A stretch of 64,000 nt of DNA from the human T2T-CHM13v2.0 reference genome, Homo sapiens: the NCBI RefSeq assembly GCF_009914755.1, contig NC_060940.1. The stretch is one strand, 5' to 3'. The notes under the pieces are model-generated. The model ran no database searches. It was not told the origin of the DNA and was given only the letters and a program-made list of their open reading frames with translations. Below are positions 28,362 through 43,100 of this stretch, piece by piece; positions within the stretch are counted from its first letter, which is position 1, and each line of letters starts with the position of its first letter. Made by a program: the position numbers and the translations under genes.

Positions 28362-31300
28362 CATTCGATTCCATTCGATGACTCCATTCTGTTCCATTCG
28401 ATGATGATTCCATTCGAGTCCATTCGATGATTCCATTCGAGTCCATTTCATGATTCCATTGGGTTCAATTCGATGATGATTACACTGGATTCCATTCTAT
28501 GATTCCATTCAATTCCATTCGTTGATGATTCGATTCCATTCAATGATGATTCCATTTGAGTTCATTCGATGATTCTATTCGATTCCGTTCGATGGTGATT
28601 CAATTCTATTATATTGGATGATTCCATTCGATTCCATTTGATGATGATTCCATTCGATTCCATTCGATGATGATTCCATTTGATTCCATTTGATGTTGAT
28701 TCTATTCGATTCTATTCAATGATGATTCCATTCGATTTCATTTGATGATTCTATTCAATTCCTTTCGATGATTCTATTCCATTCCATTCGATGATGATTC
28801 AATTCTCTTCCATTGGATGATTCCATTTTATTCCATTCGACGATGACTCCATTTGATTCCATTCAATGATGATTCCATTCGATTCCATTCGGTGATTCCA
28901 TTTGATTCCATTCGACGGTGAGCAATTTGATTCAATTCCATAATGATTCTATTTGATTCAATTAGATGATGTTTCCATTCGAATCCATTCGGTGATGATT
29001 CCATTGGTATCCATTCGACGATGATTCCATATGAGTCAATTCGATGATGATTCCATACGAGTCCGTTGGATGATAATTCCATTTGATTTCATTCAATCCT
29101 TCTATTCGATTCCATTTGATGATGATTCCATCTGAATCCATTCTCCGATTCCATTCGATTTCATTCGATGCTTCTATTTGATTTCATTCGAAGATGATTC
29201 CTTTCAATTCCGTTCATTAATTCCATTTGATTCCATTCGATGATGATTCCATCCGATTCCATTGGATGATGATTCCATTCGAGTCCATTCGATGATTCCG
29301 TTCTAATCCATTCTATGATTCCATTCGAGTCCATTCGATGATTCCATTCGATTCCATTCAGTGATGATTCCATTTGATTCCATCTGATGATGATTTCATT
29401 TGATTCCATTCGATGATGATTCCATTGGAGTCCATTGAATGATTCAATTCAATTCCATTCCATGTGGATTCCATTCGAATTCATTCGATTATTCCATTCA
29501 AATCCCTTCGTTGATTCCATCTGATTCCACTTGACGATGATTCCATTCAAGTCCAATCGATGATTCCATTCGGTTCCATTCAATGATTCCATTCGAGTCC
29601 ATTTATGTATTATATTCGTGTCCACTTGATGACTCCATTCAATTCCATTTAATGATGATTCCATTTGATTCCATTTGATGATTCAGTTCGATTCCTTACA
29701 ATGATTCCCTACGATTCCTTTCTATGATGATTCCATTCGATTCCATTCATTGATGATTCCATTCGACTCCATTCGATGATGATTCCTTTCGATTCCATTT
29801 GACGATGTTTCCATTTGAGTCCATTCGATGATGATTCAATTCAGTTCTGTTCTATTATGAATCCATTCGATTTCATTCAATGCTTCTATTTGATTCCATT
29901 CGACGATGATTCCATCTCTTTCCCTTCGATGTTTCCATTTGATTCCATTCAGTGATGATTCCATTTGATTCCATCTGATGATTATTTCACTTGATTCATT
30001 TCAATGATGATTCCATTCAAGTCCATTCGATGATTCCATTGGAGTCCAAACGATCATTCCATTCGATTCCATTCAATGATGATTCCATTCATGTCCATTC
30101 AATGAATCCTTTCAATTCCATTCAATGATGACTCCATTCGAGTACATTCGATGATTCCATTTGATTCCATCTGATGATGATTACATTCAATTCCATTCGA
30201 AGATGATTCCATTCAATTCCACTTGATGATGATTCCGTATGAATCCATTCGCTGATTATTCCATTTGATTCTATTCATTGACGATTCCATTCGATTCCAT
30301 TCAATGATGATTCTCTTCTATTGCATTCGATGATTCCGTTCGATTCCATTCGATGATGATTCCATTAGATTCCATTCGATTGTTGCATTCGATTCCCTTC
30401 GATGATGATTCCTTTGAATTCCATTCGATTATGATTCCGTATGAATCCATTTGATGATTATTCCATTGGATTCCTTTCGATGATGATTCCATTCGATTCC
30501 ATTTGATGATGTTTCTCATGTATTCCATTTGATAATTCCTTTCAATTCCCTTCGATGATGATTCTTTCGAGTCAATTCGATGATTCTATTCCATTCCCTT
30601 CGATGATGATTCCATTTCACTCCATTCGATGATTCCATTCGATTCAATTTGGTGATGATTCAATTCGATGACATTCGATGACTCCATTCAATTTCATTTG
30701 ATGATGATTACATTCGAGTCCATTTGATGATTGTATTCCTTTCCTTTTGATGATTATTCCATTCGTGTCTATTCAAAGATTCCATTCTATTCCATTCAAT
30801 GATGATTCCAATTGATTCCATTCAATGATTATGGCTATCGATTCCACTCGTTGATTCCATTTGATTCCATTCGATGATTATTCCGTTAGATTCCATTAGG
30901 AGATTCCATTCGATTTTATTCAATGATTCCAGTTGATTCCATTCAATGATGATTCCATTCGACTCCATTCAGTGATTCCATTTGAGTCCATTTGATGATT
31001 CCATTCGAGTCCATTTGATGATTCCATTCTTTTCCATTTGATGATGATTCCATTAGGGTCCATTCAATGATTCCATTCGAGTCCATTCGTTAATGCCTTT
31101 CGAGTCCTTTTGATCACTACATTCGAGTCCATTCAATGATTCTATTCGATTCCATTCCATGATGATTCCATTCGAGTTCATTCGGTGATTGCATTCGAGT
31201 CCATTTGATGATTCCATAAGATTCCATTCGACAATGATTCCATTCGTGTCCATTTGATGATTCCATTCATTTCCTATCGATGAAGATTCCATTCGAGTGT

Positions 31301-34300
31301 ATTCGATGATTCCATTCAAATCCATTCGATGATGATTCCATTCCAGTCCATTCGATCATTCCACTTGATTCCATTTGATGACTATTCCATTCAAATCTAT
31401 TTGATGATTCCATTCGATTCCATTCGATGTTACCATTCCAGTATATACGATGATTCCACTCGATTCCATTTGATGATTATTCCATTGGAGTCGACTTAGT
31501 GAATCCTTTAGATTCTACTCGAAGATGATTCCATTCGAGTCCATTCGATGATACCATTCAATTCCATTCGTTGATGCTTCCATTCAAGTGCATTCGATGA
31601 TATCATTCGATTCCATTTGATGATAATTCCATTTGATTCCATGAGATGATTCTATTCCATTCCATTCAATGATAATTCCATTCAATTCAGTGATTCCTCT
31701 GGACTCCATTTGATGATGATTCCATTCAATGATTCCATTCGATTCTATTCGAAAATGATTCCATTTGAATCCATTTGATGATGATTCCATTCGATTCCAT
31801 TTGATGATTCCATTCGATTCCATTCGACGATGATTCCATTCGATTCCATTTGATGATTCCATTCTATTCTATTCGATGATGATTCCATTCGATTCCATTC
31901 GATGATGATTGGATTCGATTCCATTTGATGATTTCATTTGATTCCATTCGATGATGATTTCGATCAATTCCATTCGATGATTCCATTCGATTCCATTTGA
32001 TAATGATTACATCCGAGTCCATTCGATGATTCCATTTGAGCCCGTTCGATAATTCCATTTGAGTCCAATCAATGATTCCATTCATTTCCATTCAATGATT
32101 CCATTCGAGTCCATTTGATCATTCCGGTAGGGTCCGTTCGATGTTGATTCCATTGGAGTGCATTCGATGATTCCATTCGAGTCCATTTTAGGATTTGATT
32201 CGAGTCCTTTCGATGATTCCATTCGATTCCACTCGATGCGATGATGATTTCATTCGAGTCCATTCGACACTTCCAATCGATTCCATTTGATGTTTCCATT
32301 CGAGTCCAATTGATGATTCCATTCAATTCCATTCGATGCTGATTCCGTACGATTCCATTCTGTGATGATTCCATGTGATTGCATTCAATGATGATTCCTT
32401 TCGATTGCATTCGATTATGATTCATTTCGTGTTCATTCTATGGTTCCACAGGTTTCACATCGTGTCCATTCCATTATTCCATTCTATTCCATTTGATGAT
32501 GATTCCATTCGATTCCATTCATTGGTGATTCCACTCAATTCCATTCAATGATTCCATTCCATTTCTTTCAACAATGATTCCATTAGTTTCTAATCGATGA
32601 TCCACTTGATTCCATTTGACGATGATTCCATTCTTGTCCATTCGATGATTCCATTTGATTCCATATGATGATGATTCCATTCGATTCCATACGATGATGA
32701 TTCCATTCGAGTCCATTCAATGGTGATTCCATTCAATTCCATTCGATGATTCCTTTCGATTCCATTTGATGATGATGGCATTCGATTCCTTTCAATCATT
32801 CCCTTTGATTCCACTCAAAGGTGATTTCATTCAAGTCCATTCGATAATTGCATTCGATTCCATTCTATGATGATTCCATTCGAGTCCATTTGATGATTCC
32901 ATTCAATTCAAGTCAATGATGATTCCATTCGATTCTATTCGATGATTCCATTGGATTCCATTCGATGATGATTCCATTCAAATCCATTCGATAATTCAAT
33001 TCACGTCCATTCGATGATGATTCCAATCGAATCCATTCAAAGATTCCATTCAATTCCATTCGATGATTCCCTTAGATTCCATTCGATGATTCCACTTGAT
33101 TCCATTTACGATGATTCCATTCGATTCCATGTGATGATTCCATTCAATTCTATTCAATGATGTTTCCATTTGATTCCATTCGACCATGATTGCCTTTGAT
33201 TCCATTCAATGATTCCATTCGGTTCCGTTTGATGATGATTCCGTTCGATTCCATTTGATGATTCCATTTGATTCCATTGGATGAGTCCATTCGATTACAT
33301 TCGATGATTATTCCATTCGAGTGCATTAGATGATTCCATTCGAGTCCATTCGATGATTCCATTCGAGTCCATTCGATGATTCCATTCGATTCCATTCGAT
33401 GTTGATTCTGTTCAAATCCATTCGATGATTCCACTCGATTCCATTCGATGACTCCATTTGATCCCATTCGATGATTTCCTTTGATTCCCTTTGATGATCA
33501 TTCCATTTGATTCAATTCGGTGATTTCATTGGATTCCATTCAGTGATGTTTCCATTCGACTCCATTCGATGATGATTCCATTCGACTACATTCGATTATG
33601 ATTTCATTCAATTCCATTCGATAAAGATTCCCTTCGAGTCCAATCGATGATTCCATTCGATTCCATTCAACGATGATTTGATTCGTGTCCATTCGATGAT
33701 TCCATTTGATTCCACTTGATGAGGATTCCATTCGAGTCCATTTGATGATTCCATTCAATTCCATTCTCTGATGATTTCTTTTGAGCCCATTCAATGCTTC
33801 CACTCGATTACATATGATGATGACTCCATTCGATGAAACTCGATGATGATTCCATTCGCTTGCATTCGATGATGATTCCACTTGAGTCCGTTAGAAGATT
33901 CTATTCAATTACATTCCATGACGATTCCGTTCGAGTCCATTTGATGATTCCATTACACTCCATTCGACAATGATTCCATTCAATGTTATTCGATGATTCC
34001 ATTCGATCTCATTCGATGATGATTCCATTCAACTCCATTCGATGTTTCCATTCGAGTTCATTCTATTATTCCATTAGATTCCATTCGATGATGATTCCAT
34101 TCGATTCCATTTGATGATTGCCTTCTATTTCATTTGATGATGATTCCATTCGAGTCCATTCGATGATTCCATTCGAGTCCATTTAATGAATCCATTGGTT
34201 TCAATTCTATGATGATTATATTGGATTCCATTCGTTGATGATTTCATTCGATTCCATTCAATGATGATTCCATTCAATTCCATTCAATGATTCCATTCAA

Positions 34301-37300
34301 TTCCATACGATGATGATTCCATTGGATTTGATTCGACAGTGAGCCATTCGATTCAATTCCATGATGATTCTATTTGATTCACTTGGTTGACATTTCCATT
34401 CGATTCCATTCGATGATGATTCCATTTGATTCCATTCAAAGATGATTCCATTCTAGCCCATTCAATCATTCCATTCGATTCTATTCAATGATGATTCCAT
34501 TCATGTCGATTTGGTGATTCCATTTGACTTCATTTGATGATGATTCCTTTCAAGTTCATTAGATGATTCCATTCGATTCCATTTGATGATGATCCCATTC
34601 GAGTCCATTCAGTGATTCCACTCGTTTCCATTCCATGATGATTCCATTCCATTCCATTCAATGATTCCATTCGATTCCGTTTGATGATGATTTCATTCGA
34701 GTCCATTTGATGATTCCATTTGATTCCATTCGATGATGATTCCATTCGAGTCCATTCGATGATTCTATTCGAATCCATTTGATGATTTCTTTTGATTATA
34801 TTTGGTGATGATTCCATTGGAGTCCATTCAGTGATTCCATTCGATTCCAATCGATGGTGGTTCCATTAGAGTCCATTTAATGATTCCATTTGATTCCAGT
34901 CTCTGATGTTTACATTCGAGTCCATACGATGATTCCACTCAATTCCATATGATGATGATTCCATTCGATTCCATTCGATGATTCCATTCTATTCTATTCA
35001 ATGGTGATTCCATTCGAGTACATTAGATGATTCCATTCGATTCCATTCAATGATGATTCTATTTGTGTCCCTTAGATGATTCCACATGATTCCATTAGAT
35101 GATGATACTATTTGAGCCCATCCAATGATTCCCTTCGATTCCATTCGATGAGGATTCCATTCGATTCAATTCATTGGTGATTCTATTCAATTCAATTCTT
35201 TGATTCAATTCCATTCCATTCGACAATGATTCCATTCGATTTCTTTCGATGATTCCACTCAATTTCACTTGACATTGATTCCATTCGATTCCATTCAATG
35301 ATTCCATTTGATTCCAGTGGATGATGATTGCCGTCGATTCCATTCGATCACTCCATTCTGTTCCATTTGATGATGATTACATTCGATTCCATTTGATGAT
35401 TCCATCTGATTCTATTCGAGGATTCCATTTGATTCCATTCGATGATGATTCCATTCGAGTCCATTCGATGATTTCATTCGAGTACATCCAATGATTCCAT
35501 TCGAGTCCATTTGATGATTCCATTTCATTCCATTTGATTATGATTCTACTAGAGTCCATTCAATGACTCCATTCGAGTCCATTCAACAGTTCCATCCGAG
35601 TCCATTCGATGATTCCATTCGATTCCATTTGATGATTCCATTTGAGTCCATTTAATCATTACAGTCGAGTCCATTTGGTGATTCCACTGGATTTCTTTTG
35701 ATAATGATACCATTCAATTACATTTGATGATGATCCCATTCAATTTCATTTGATGATGATTCCATTAGAGTCCATTCCATGATTTCATTCGAGTCCCTTC
35801 ATTGATTCCATCCGATTTCATTTCATGATGACTCCATTCGAGTCCATTCGATGATTCCACTCGATTCCATTAGATGATTCCATTGGAGTCCATTTGATTG
35901 TTCCATTCGATTCCATTCGATTCCTTTCGAAGATTATTCCATTTGAGTCCATTCGATGATGATTCCATTCCATTCCATTCGATGATTCCGTTTGATTCCA
36001 TTCGATGATTCCCTGCGATTCTTTTCTATGATGATTCCATTCCATTCCATTCAATGATTCCATTCGAATCTATTCCATGATGATTCCTTTCGATTCCATT
36101 CGCTGATGTTTCCGTTCAATTCCATTCGATGATGATTCCATTCGATTCCATTCATTGAGGATTCCATTGGATTCCATTCAATGATGATTCCATTCTATTC
36201 CATTCAATGATTGCATTCAATTCCATTCAATGATTATGCCATTAGAGTAAATTCAACGATTCCATTCAATACCATTCGATGATGATTCCTTTTGAGTCCA
36301 TTCAATGATTTCATTCAAGTCCATTTGATGATTCCTTTCAATTCCATTCCATGATGATTCCATTCGAGTCCATTCGATGATTCCATTCGATTGCATTCGG
36401 TGATTCCATTATATTCCATTCAACGATGATTCCATTCGAGTCCATTCGATGATTCCATTAGAGTACATTTAATGATTGCTTTGTTTTCAATTCGAAGATG
36501 ATTACATTGGATTCCATTCTATGATTCCATTCGATTCCATTCATTGATGATTCCACCCAATTCCATTCGATGATGATTCCATTCGATTTCAATGATTCTA
36601 CTCGATTCCATTCAATGATGATTCAATTCTATTCCGTTTGATGATTCCATTAGATTCCATTCTATGATGATTCCATTCGAGTCCATTCGAAGATTTCATT
36701 CGATTACATTCCATGACGATTCCATTCGAGTCCATTCGATGATTCCATTTGAATCCATTTGACGATGATTCCATTTGATGCTATTCGATGATTCCATTGG
36801 ATTCCATTCGATGATGATTCCATTCGACTTGATTTGATGTTTCTATTTGAGTCCATTCGGTTATTTTATTAGACTACATTCGATGATGATTCCATTCGAT
36901 GCCATTCAATGATTCCATTTGATTCCACTCAATGATGATTGCATTCGTGTCCATTCGATGATTCCATTTGGTTCCATTTGATGATGATTCCATTCGAGTC
37001 CATTCGATGATACCATTCAATTCCATTCGATGATCATTCCATTCGAATCCATTTGATGATTCCACTCAATTCCATTTGATGACTCCTTTCATTCCCATTC
37101 GATGATTCCCTTCAGTTCCAATTGGATGATCTTTCCATTTGATTCAATATGGTGACTCCATTCTATTATATTCAATGATGATTCCATTCGACTCCATTAG
37201 ATGATGACTCCATTCCATTCCATTCGATTGTGATTTCATTCGATTCCATTCGAAGATGATTCCATTCGAGTCCATTTGATGATTCCATTCGATTCCATTC

Positions 37301-40186
37301 AATGATGATTCCACTCAAATCCATTGGATGATTCCATTCGTTTCCAATCGGTGATTTCATTAGATTCCATTCGAGGATGATTCTATTCGAGTCCATTCAA
37401 TGATTCCATTGGATTCCGTTTGATAATGATTCCATTAGAGTTCATTCGATGATTCCCTTCGAGTCCATTCGATTATTTCTTTTGATTCCATTTGATGATG
37501 ATTCCATTCGATTCCATTCAATGATTCCATTCCATTCCATTCGATGATGATTCCATTCGATAATGATTACATTCGAACCCATGTGATGATTCCATTAGAT
37601 TCTATTCAATGATGATTCCATTCGACCACATTCGATGATGGCATTCGAGTCCATTCGATGATTTCACTCGATTCCACTTGATGATGATTCCTTTTGAGTC
37701 CATTTGATGATTACATTCGAGTCCATGAGATGACTCCATTCGATTCCATTTCATGATGATGCAATTCGAGGCTATTCGATCATCCCATTTTAGTGCATTC
37801 GGTGATTCTCTTTTATTACATTCGATGAGGGCTCCATTCGAGTCCATTCAATGATTCCATTAGATTCCACTCGATGATGATTCCATTTGAGTCCATTCAA
37901 AGATTCCTTTCGAGTCCATTCGATAATTCTATTGGATTCCACTAGGTGATGATTCCTTTCGAGTCAATTCGATGATTCCTTTCAAGTGCCTTCAATGATT
38001 CCATTCGATTCCATTCGATGACGATTCATTTCAAGTCCATTCAATGGTTCCATTCTGTTGAATTTGATGGTTCCATTTGATTCCATTCGACGATGATTCC
38101 ATTCGTGTCCATTGGATGATTCCATTCGATTCCTTTCGAGGAAGATTCCATTCGACTCCATTCGATGATTCCGTTCGATTCCATTCCATGATGATTCCAT
38201 TTGATTCCATTCCATGATTCCATTCGATACCATTCGATGATGATTCCATTCGACTCCATTTGATGAATCCATTCAATGCTTCCATTCGAGTCCATTCGAT
38301 GATTCCATTCGATTCCATTCCATGAAGATTCCATTCGAGTACATTTGATGATTCCATTTAATTCCATAGGATGATGATTCTATTAGGGTCCGTTGACTAT
38401 TCCATTCAATTCCATTCGAAGATTCCATTCGAGTCCACTCGATGATTCTATTTGATTCCATTTGATAATTCCATTCGATTCCATTTGATGTTGATTCCAT
38501 TCGAGTCCATTCGATCATTATTACATTTGATTCTATTCGATGATTCCATTCGATTCCATTTGATGAGGATTCCATTCGAGACCATTTGATGATTCCATTC
38601 AATTCCATTGGATGATTCCAATATTTTCCATTAGATGATGATTCCATTCGATTCCATTCAATGATGATTCCATCAGAATCCATTCGATGATGACTCCTTT
38701 TGCTTCCATTCAATGATCATTACATTCGGTTCCATTCGATGATGATTCCTTTGGATTCCATTCGATGATGCTTCCATTCGATTCCATTTGATGATGATTC
38801 TTTTCGATTCCATTTGATGATGATTCCATTTGATTCCATTCGATGGTGATTCCATTTGATGATTCCATTCGATTGTATTCGATGATGATTCCACTCGATT
38901 CTATTTGATGATGACTGCATTCGATTCCATTTGATGATTCCATTTGATTCCATTCGATGATGATTCTGATCAATTGCATTCGATGATCCATTCGATTCCA
39001 TTTGATGGTTCCATTTGATTCCATTTGATAATGATTCCTTTCGAGTCCATTCGATGATTCCATTTGCGGATATTCGATAATTCCATTTGAGTCCAACCGA
39101 TGATTCCATTCGAGGCCATTCAATCATTCTTTTTGAGTCCTTTCGATAAAGATTCCATTTTAGTCCATTCAATAATTCCACTGGAGTCCATTCGATGATT
39201 GCTTTTAATTCCATTCGATGATATTCCATTCGAGTCCATTCGATGATTCCATTCGTTGCTATTAGATGATGATTCCATTCATGACCATTTGGTGATTCCA
39301 TTCGATTTCATTCGTTGATGATTCCATTCGAGTCCATTCCATGATTCCATTCAAGTCCATTTGATGATTTCTTTGAATTCAATTCGATGATGATTCCATT
39401 CGAGTCCATTCGATGATTCCATTCAGTTCCATTCGATGATGATTCCTTTCGAGACCATATGATGATTCCATTTGATTTCATTCGATGATGATTCCATTCG
39501 ATTCCATTCGATGATTCCATTCTATTCCATTCGATGACGATTCCATTCGAGTCCATTTAATGATTCCATTGGGTTCAATTCAATGATGATTACATTGGAT
39601 TCTCTTCTATGATACCATTCAATTCCGTTCATTGACAATTTGATTCCATTCGATGATGATTCCATTTGAGTTCATTCGATGATTCTATTCGATTCTCTTC
39701 GATGGTGATTCAATTCTATTATATTGGATGATTCCATTCGATTCCATTTGATGTTGATTCAATTCGATTCTATTCGATGATGATTCCATTGGATTTCATT
39801 TGATGATTCTATTCGATTCCATTCAATGATGATTCACTTCTCGTCCATTGGATGATTCCATTTCATTCCATTCGATGATGATTCCATTCGATTCCATTCG
39901 ATGATTCCATTTGATTCCATTCGACGGTGAGCAATTCGATTCAATTCCATGATGATTCTATTTGATTCAGTTAGATGATGTTTCCATTCGAATCCATTCC
40001 ATGATTATTCCATTGGAATCCATTCGGCGATGATTCCATATGAGTCAATTCAATGATGCTTCCATATGGGTCAGTTCGATGATAATTCCATTTGATTTCA
40101 TTCGATGCTTCTATTCAATTCCAGTCGATGATGATTCCGTTGGAGTCCATACGATGACTCCATTTGATTTCATTTGATGATGATTC
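28362..40186 (+). repeat. 11.8-kb HSat2 long unit, full copy B (11,825 bp)
   Basis: Direct tandem repeat of copy A. The start marker GACTCCATTCTGTTCC occurs at 16551, 28380 and 40205. Confidence 0.92.
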
Positions 40187-43100
40187 CATTCGATTCCATT
40201 CGATGACTCCATTCTGTTCCATTCGATGATGATTCCATTCGAGTCCATTCGATGATTCCATTCGAGTCCATTTCATGATTCCATTGGGTTCAATTCGATG
40301 ATGATTACACTGGATTCCATTCTATGATTCCATTCAATTCCATTCGTTGATGATTCGATTCCATTCAATGATGATTCCATTTGAGTTCATTCGATGATTC
40401 TATTCGATTCCGTTCGATGGTGATTCAATTCTATTATATTGGATGATTCCATTCGATTCCATTTGATGATGATTCCATTCGATTCCATTCGATGATGATT
40501 CCATTTGATTCCATTTGATGTTGATTCTATTCGATTCTATTCAATGATGATTCCATTCGATTTCATTTGATGATTCTATTCGATTCCTTTCGATGATTCT
40601 ATTCCATTCCATTCGATGATGATTCAATTCTCTTCCATTGGATGATTCCATTTTATTCCATTCGACGATGACTCCATTTGATTCCATTCAATGATGATTC
40701 CATTCGATTCCATTCGGTGATTCCATTTGATTCCATTCGACGGTGAGCAATTTGATTCAATTCCATAATGATTCTATTTGATTCAATTAGATGATGTTTC
40801 CATTCGAATCCATTCGGTGATGATTCCATTGGTATCCATTCGACGATGATTCCATATGAGTCAATTCGATGATGATTCCATACGAGTCCGTTGGATGATA
40901 ATTCCATTTGATTTCATTCAATCCTTCTATTCGATTCCATTTGATGATGATTCCATCTGAATCCATTCTCCGATTCCATTCGATTTCATTCGATGCTTCT
41001 ATTTGATTTCATTCGAAGATGATTCCTTTCAATTCCGTTCATTAATTCCATTTGATTCCATTCGATGATGATTCCATCCGATTCCATTGGATGATGATTC
41101 CATTCGAGTCCATTCGATGATTCCGTTCTAATCCATTCTATGATTCCATTCGAGTCCATTCGATGATTCCATTCGATTCCATTCAGTGATGATTCCATTT
41201 GATTCCATCTGATGATGATTTCATTTGATTCCATTCGATGATGATTCCATTGGAGTCCATTGAATGATTCAATTCAATTCCATTCCATGTGGATTCCATT
41301 CGAATTCATTCGATTATTCCATTCAAATCCCTTCGTTGATTCCATCTGATTCCACTTGACGATGATTCCATTCAAGTCCAATCGATGATTCCATTCGGTT
41401 CCATTCAATGATTCCATTCGAGTCCATTTATGTATTATATTCGTGTCCACTTGATGACTCCATTCAATTCCATTTAATGATGATTCCATTTGATTCCATT
41501 TGATGATTCAGTTCGATTCCTTACAATGATTCCCTACGATTCCTTTCTATGATGATTCCATTCGATTCCATTCATTGATGATTCCATTCGACTCCATTCA
41601 ATGATGATTCCTTTCGATTCCATTTGACGATGTTTCCATTTGAGTCCATTCGATGATGATTCCATTGGTATCCATTCGACGATGATTCCATATGAGTCAA
41701 TTCGATGATGATTCCATACGAGTCCGTTGGATGATAATTCCATTTGATTTCATTCAATCCTTCTATTCGATTCCATTTGATGATGATTCCATCTGAATCC
41801 ATTCTCCGATTCCATTCGATTTCATTCGATGCTTCTATTTGATTTCATTCGAAGATGATTCCTTTCAATTCCATTCATTAATTCCATTTGATTCCATTCG
41901 ATGATGATTCCATCCGATTCCATTGGATGATGATTCCATTCGAGTCCATTCGATGATTCCGTTCTAATCCATTCTATGATTCCATTCGAGTCCATTCGAT
42001 GATTCCATTCGATTCCATTCAGTGATGATTCCATTTGATTCCATCTGATGATGATTTCATTTGATTCCATTCGATGATGATTCCATTGGAGTCCATTGAA
42101 TGATTCAATTCAATTCCATTCCATGTGGATTCCATTCGAATTCATTCGATTATTCCATTCAAATCCCTTCGTTGATTCCATCTGATTCCACTTGACGATG
42201 ATTCCATTCAAGTCCAATCGATGATTCCATTCGGTTCCATTCAATGATTCCATTCGAGTCCATTTATGTATTATATTCGTGTCCACTTGATGACTCACTC
42301 CATTCAATTCCATTTAATGATGATTCCATTTGATTCCATTTGATGATTCAGTTCGATTCCTTACAATGATTCCCTACGATTCCTTTCTATGATGATTCCA
42401 TTCGATTCCATTCATTGATGATTCCATTCGACTCCATTCAATGATGATTCCTTTCGATTCCATTTGACGATGTTTCCATTTGAGTCCATTCGATGATGAT
42501 TCCATTGGTATCCATTCGACGATGATTCCATATGAGTCAATTCGATGATGATTCCATACGAGTCCGTTGGATGATAATTCCATTTGATTTCATTCAATCC
42601 TTCTATTCGATTCCATTTGATGATGATTCCATCTGAATCCATTCTCCGATTCCATTCGATTTCATTCGATGCTTCTATTTGATTTCATTCGAAGATGATT
42701 CCTTTCAATTCCATTCATTAATTCCATTTGATTCCATTCGATGATGATTCCATCCGATTCCATTGGATGATGATTCCATTCGAGTCCATTCGATGATTCC
42801 GTTCTAATCCATTCTATGATTCCATTCGAGTCCATTCGATGATTCCATTCGATTCCATTCAGTGATGATTCCATTTGATTCCATCTGATGATGATTTCAT
42901 TTGATTCCATTCGATGATGATTCCATTGGAGTCCATTGAATGATTCAATTCAATTCCATTCCATGTGGATTCCATTCGAATTCATTCGATTATTCCATTC
43001 AAATCCCTTCGTTGATTCCATCTGATTCCACTTGACGATGATTCCATTCAAGTCCAATCGATGATTCCATTCGGTTCCATTCAATGATTCCATTCGAGTC

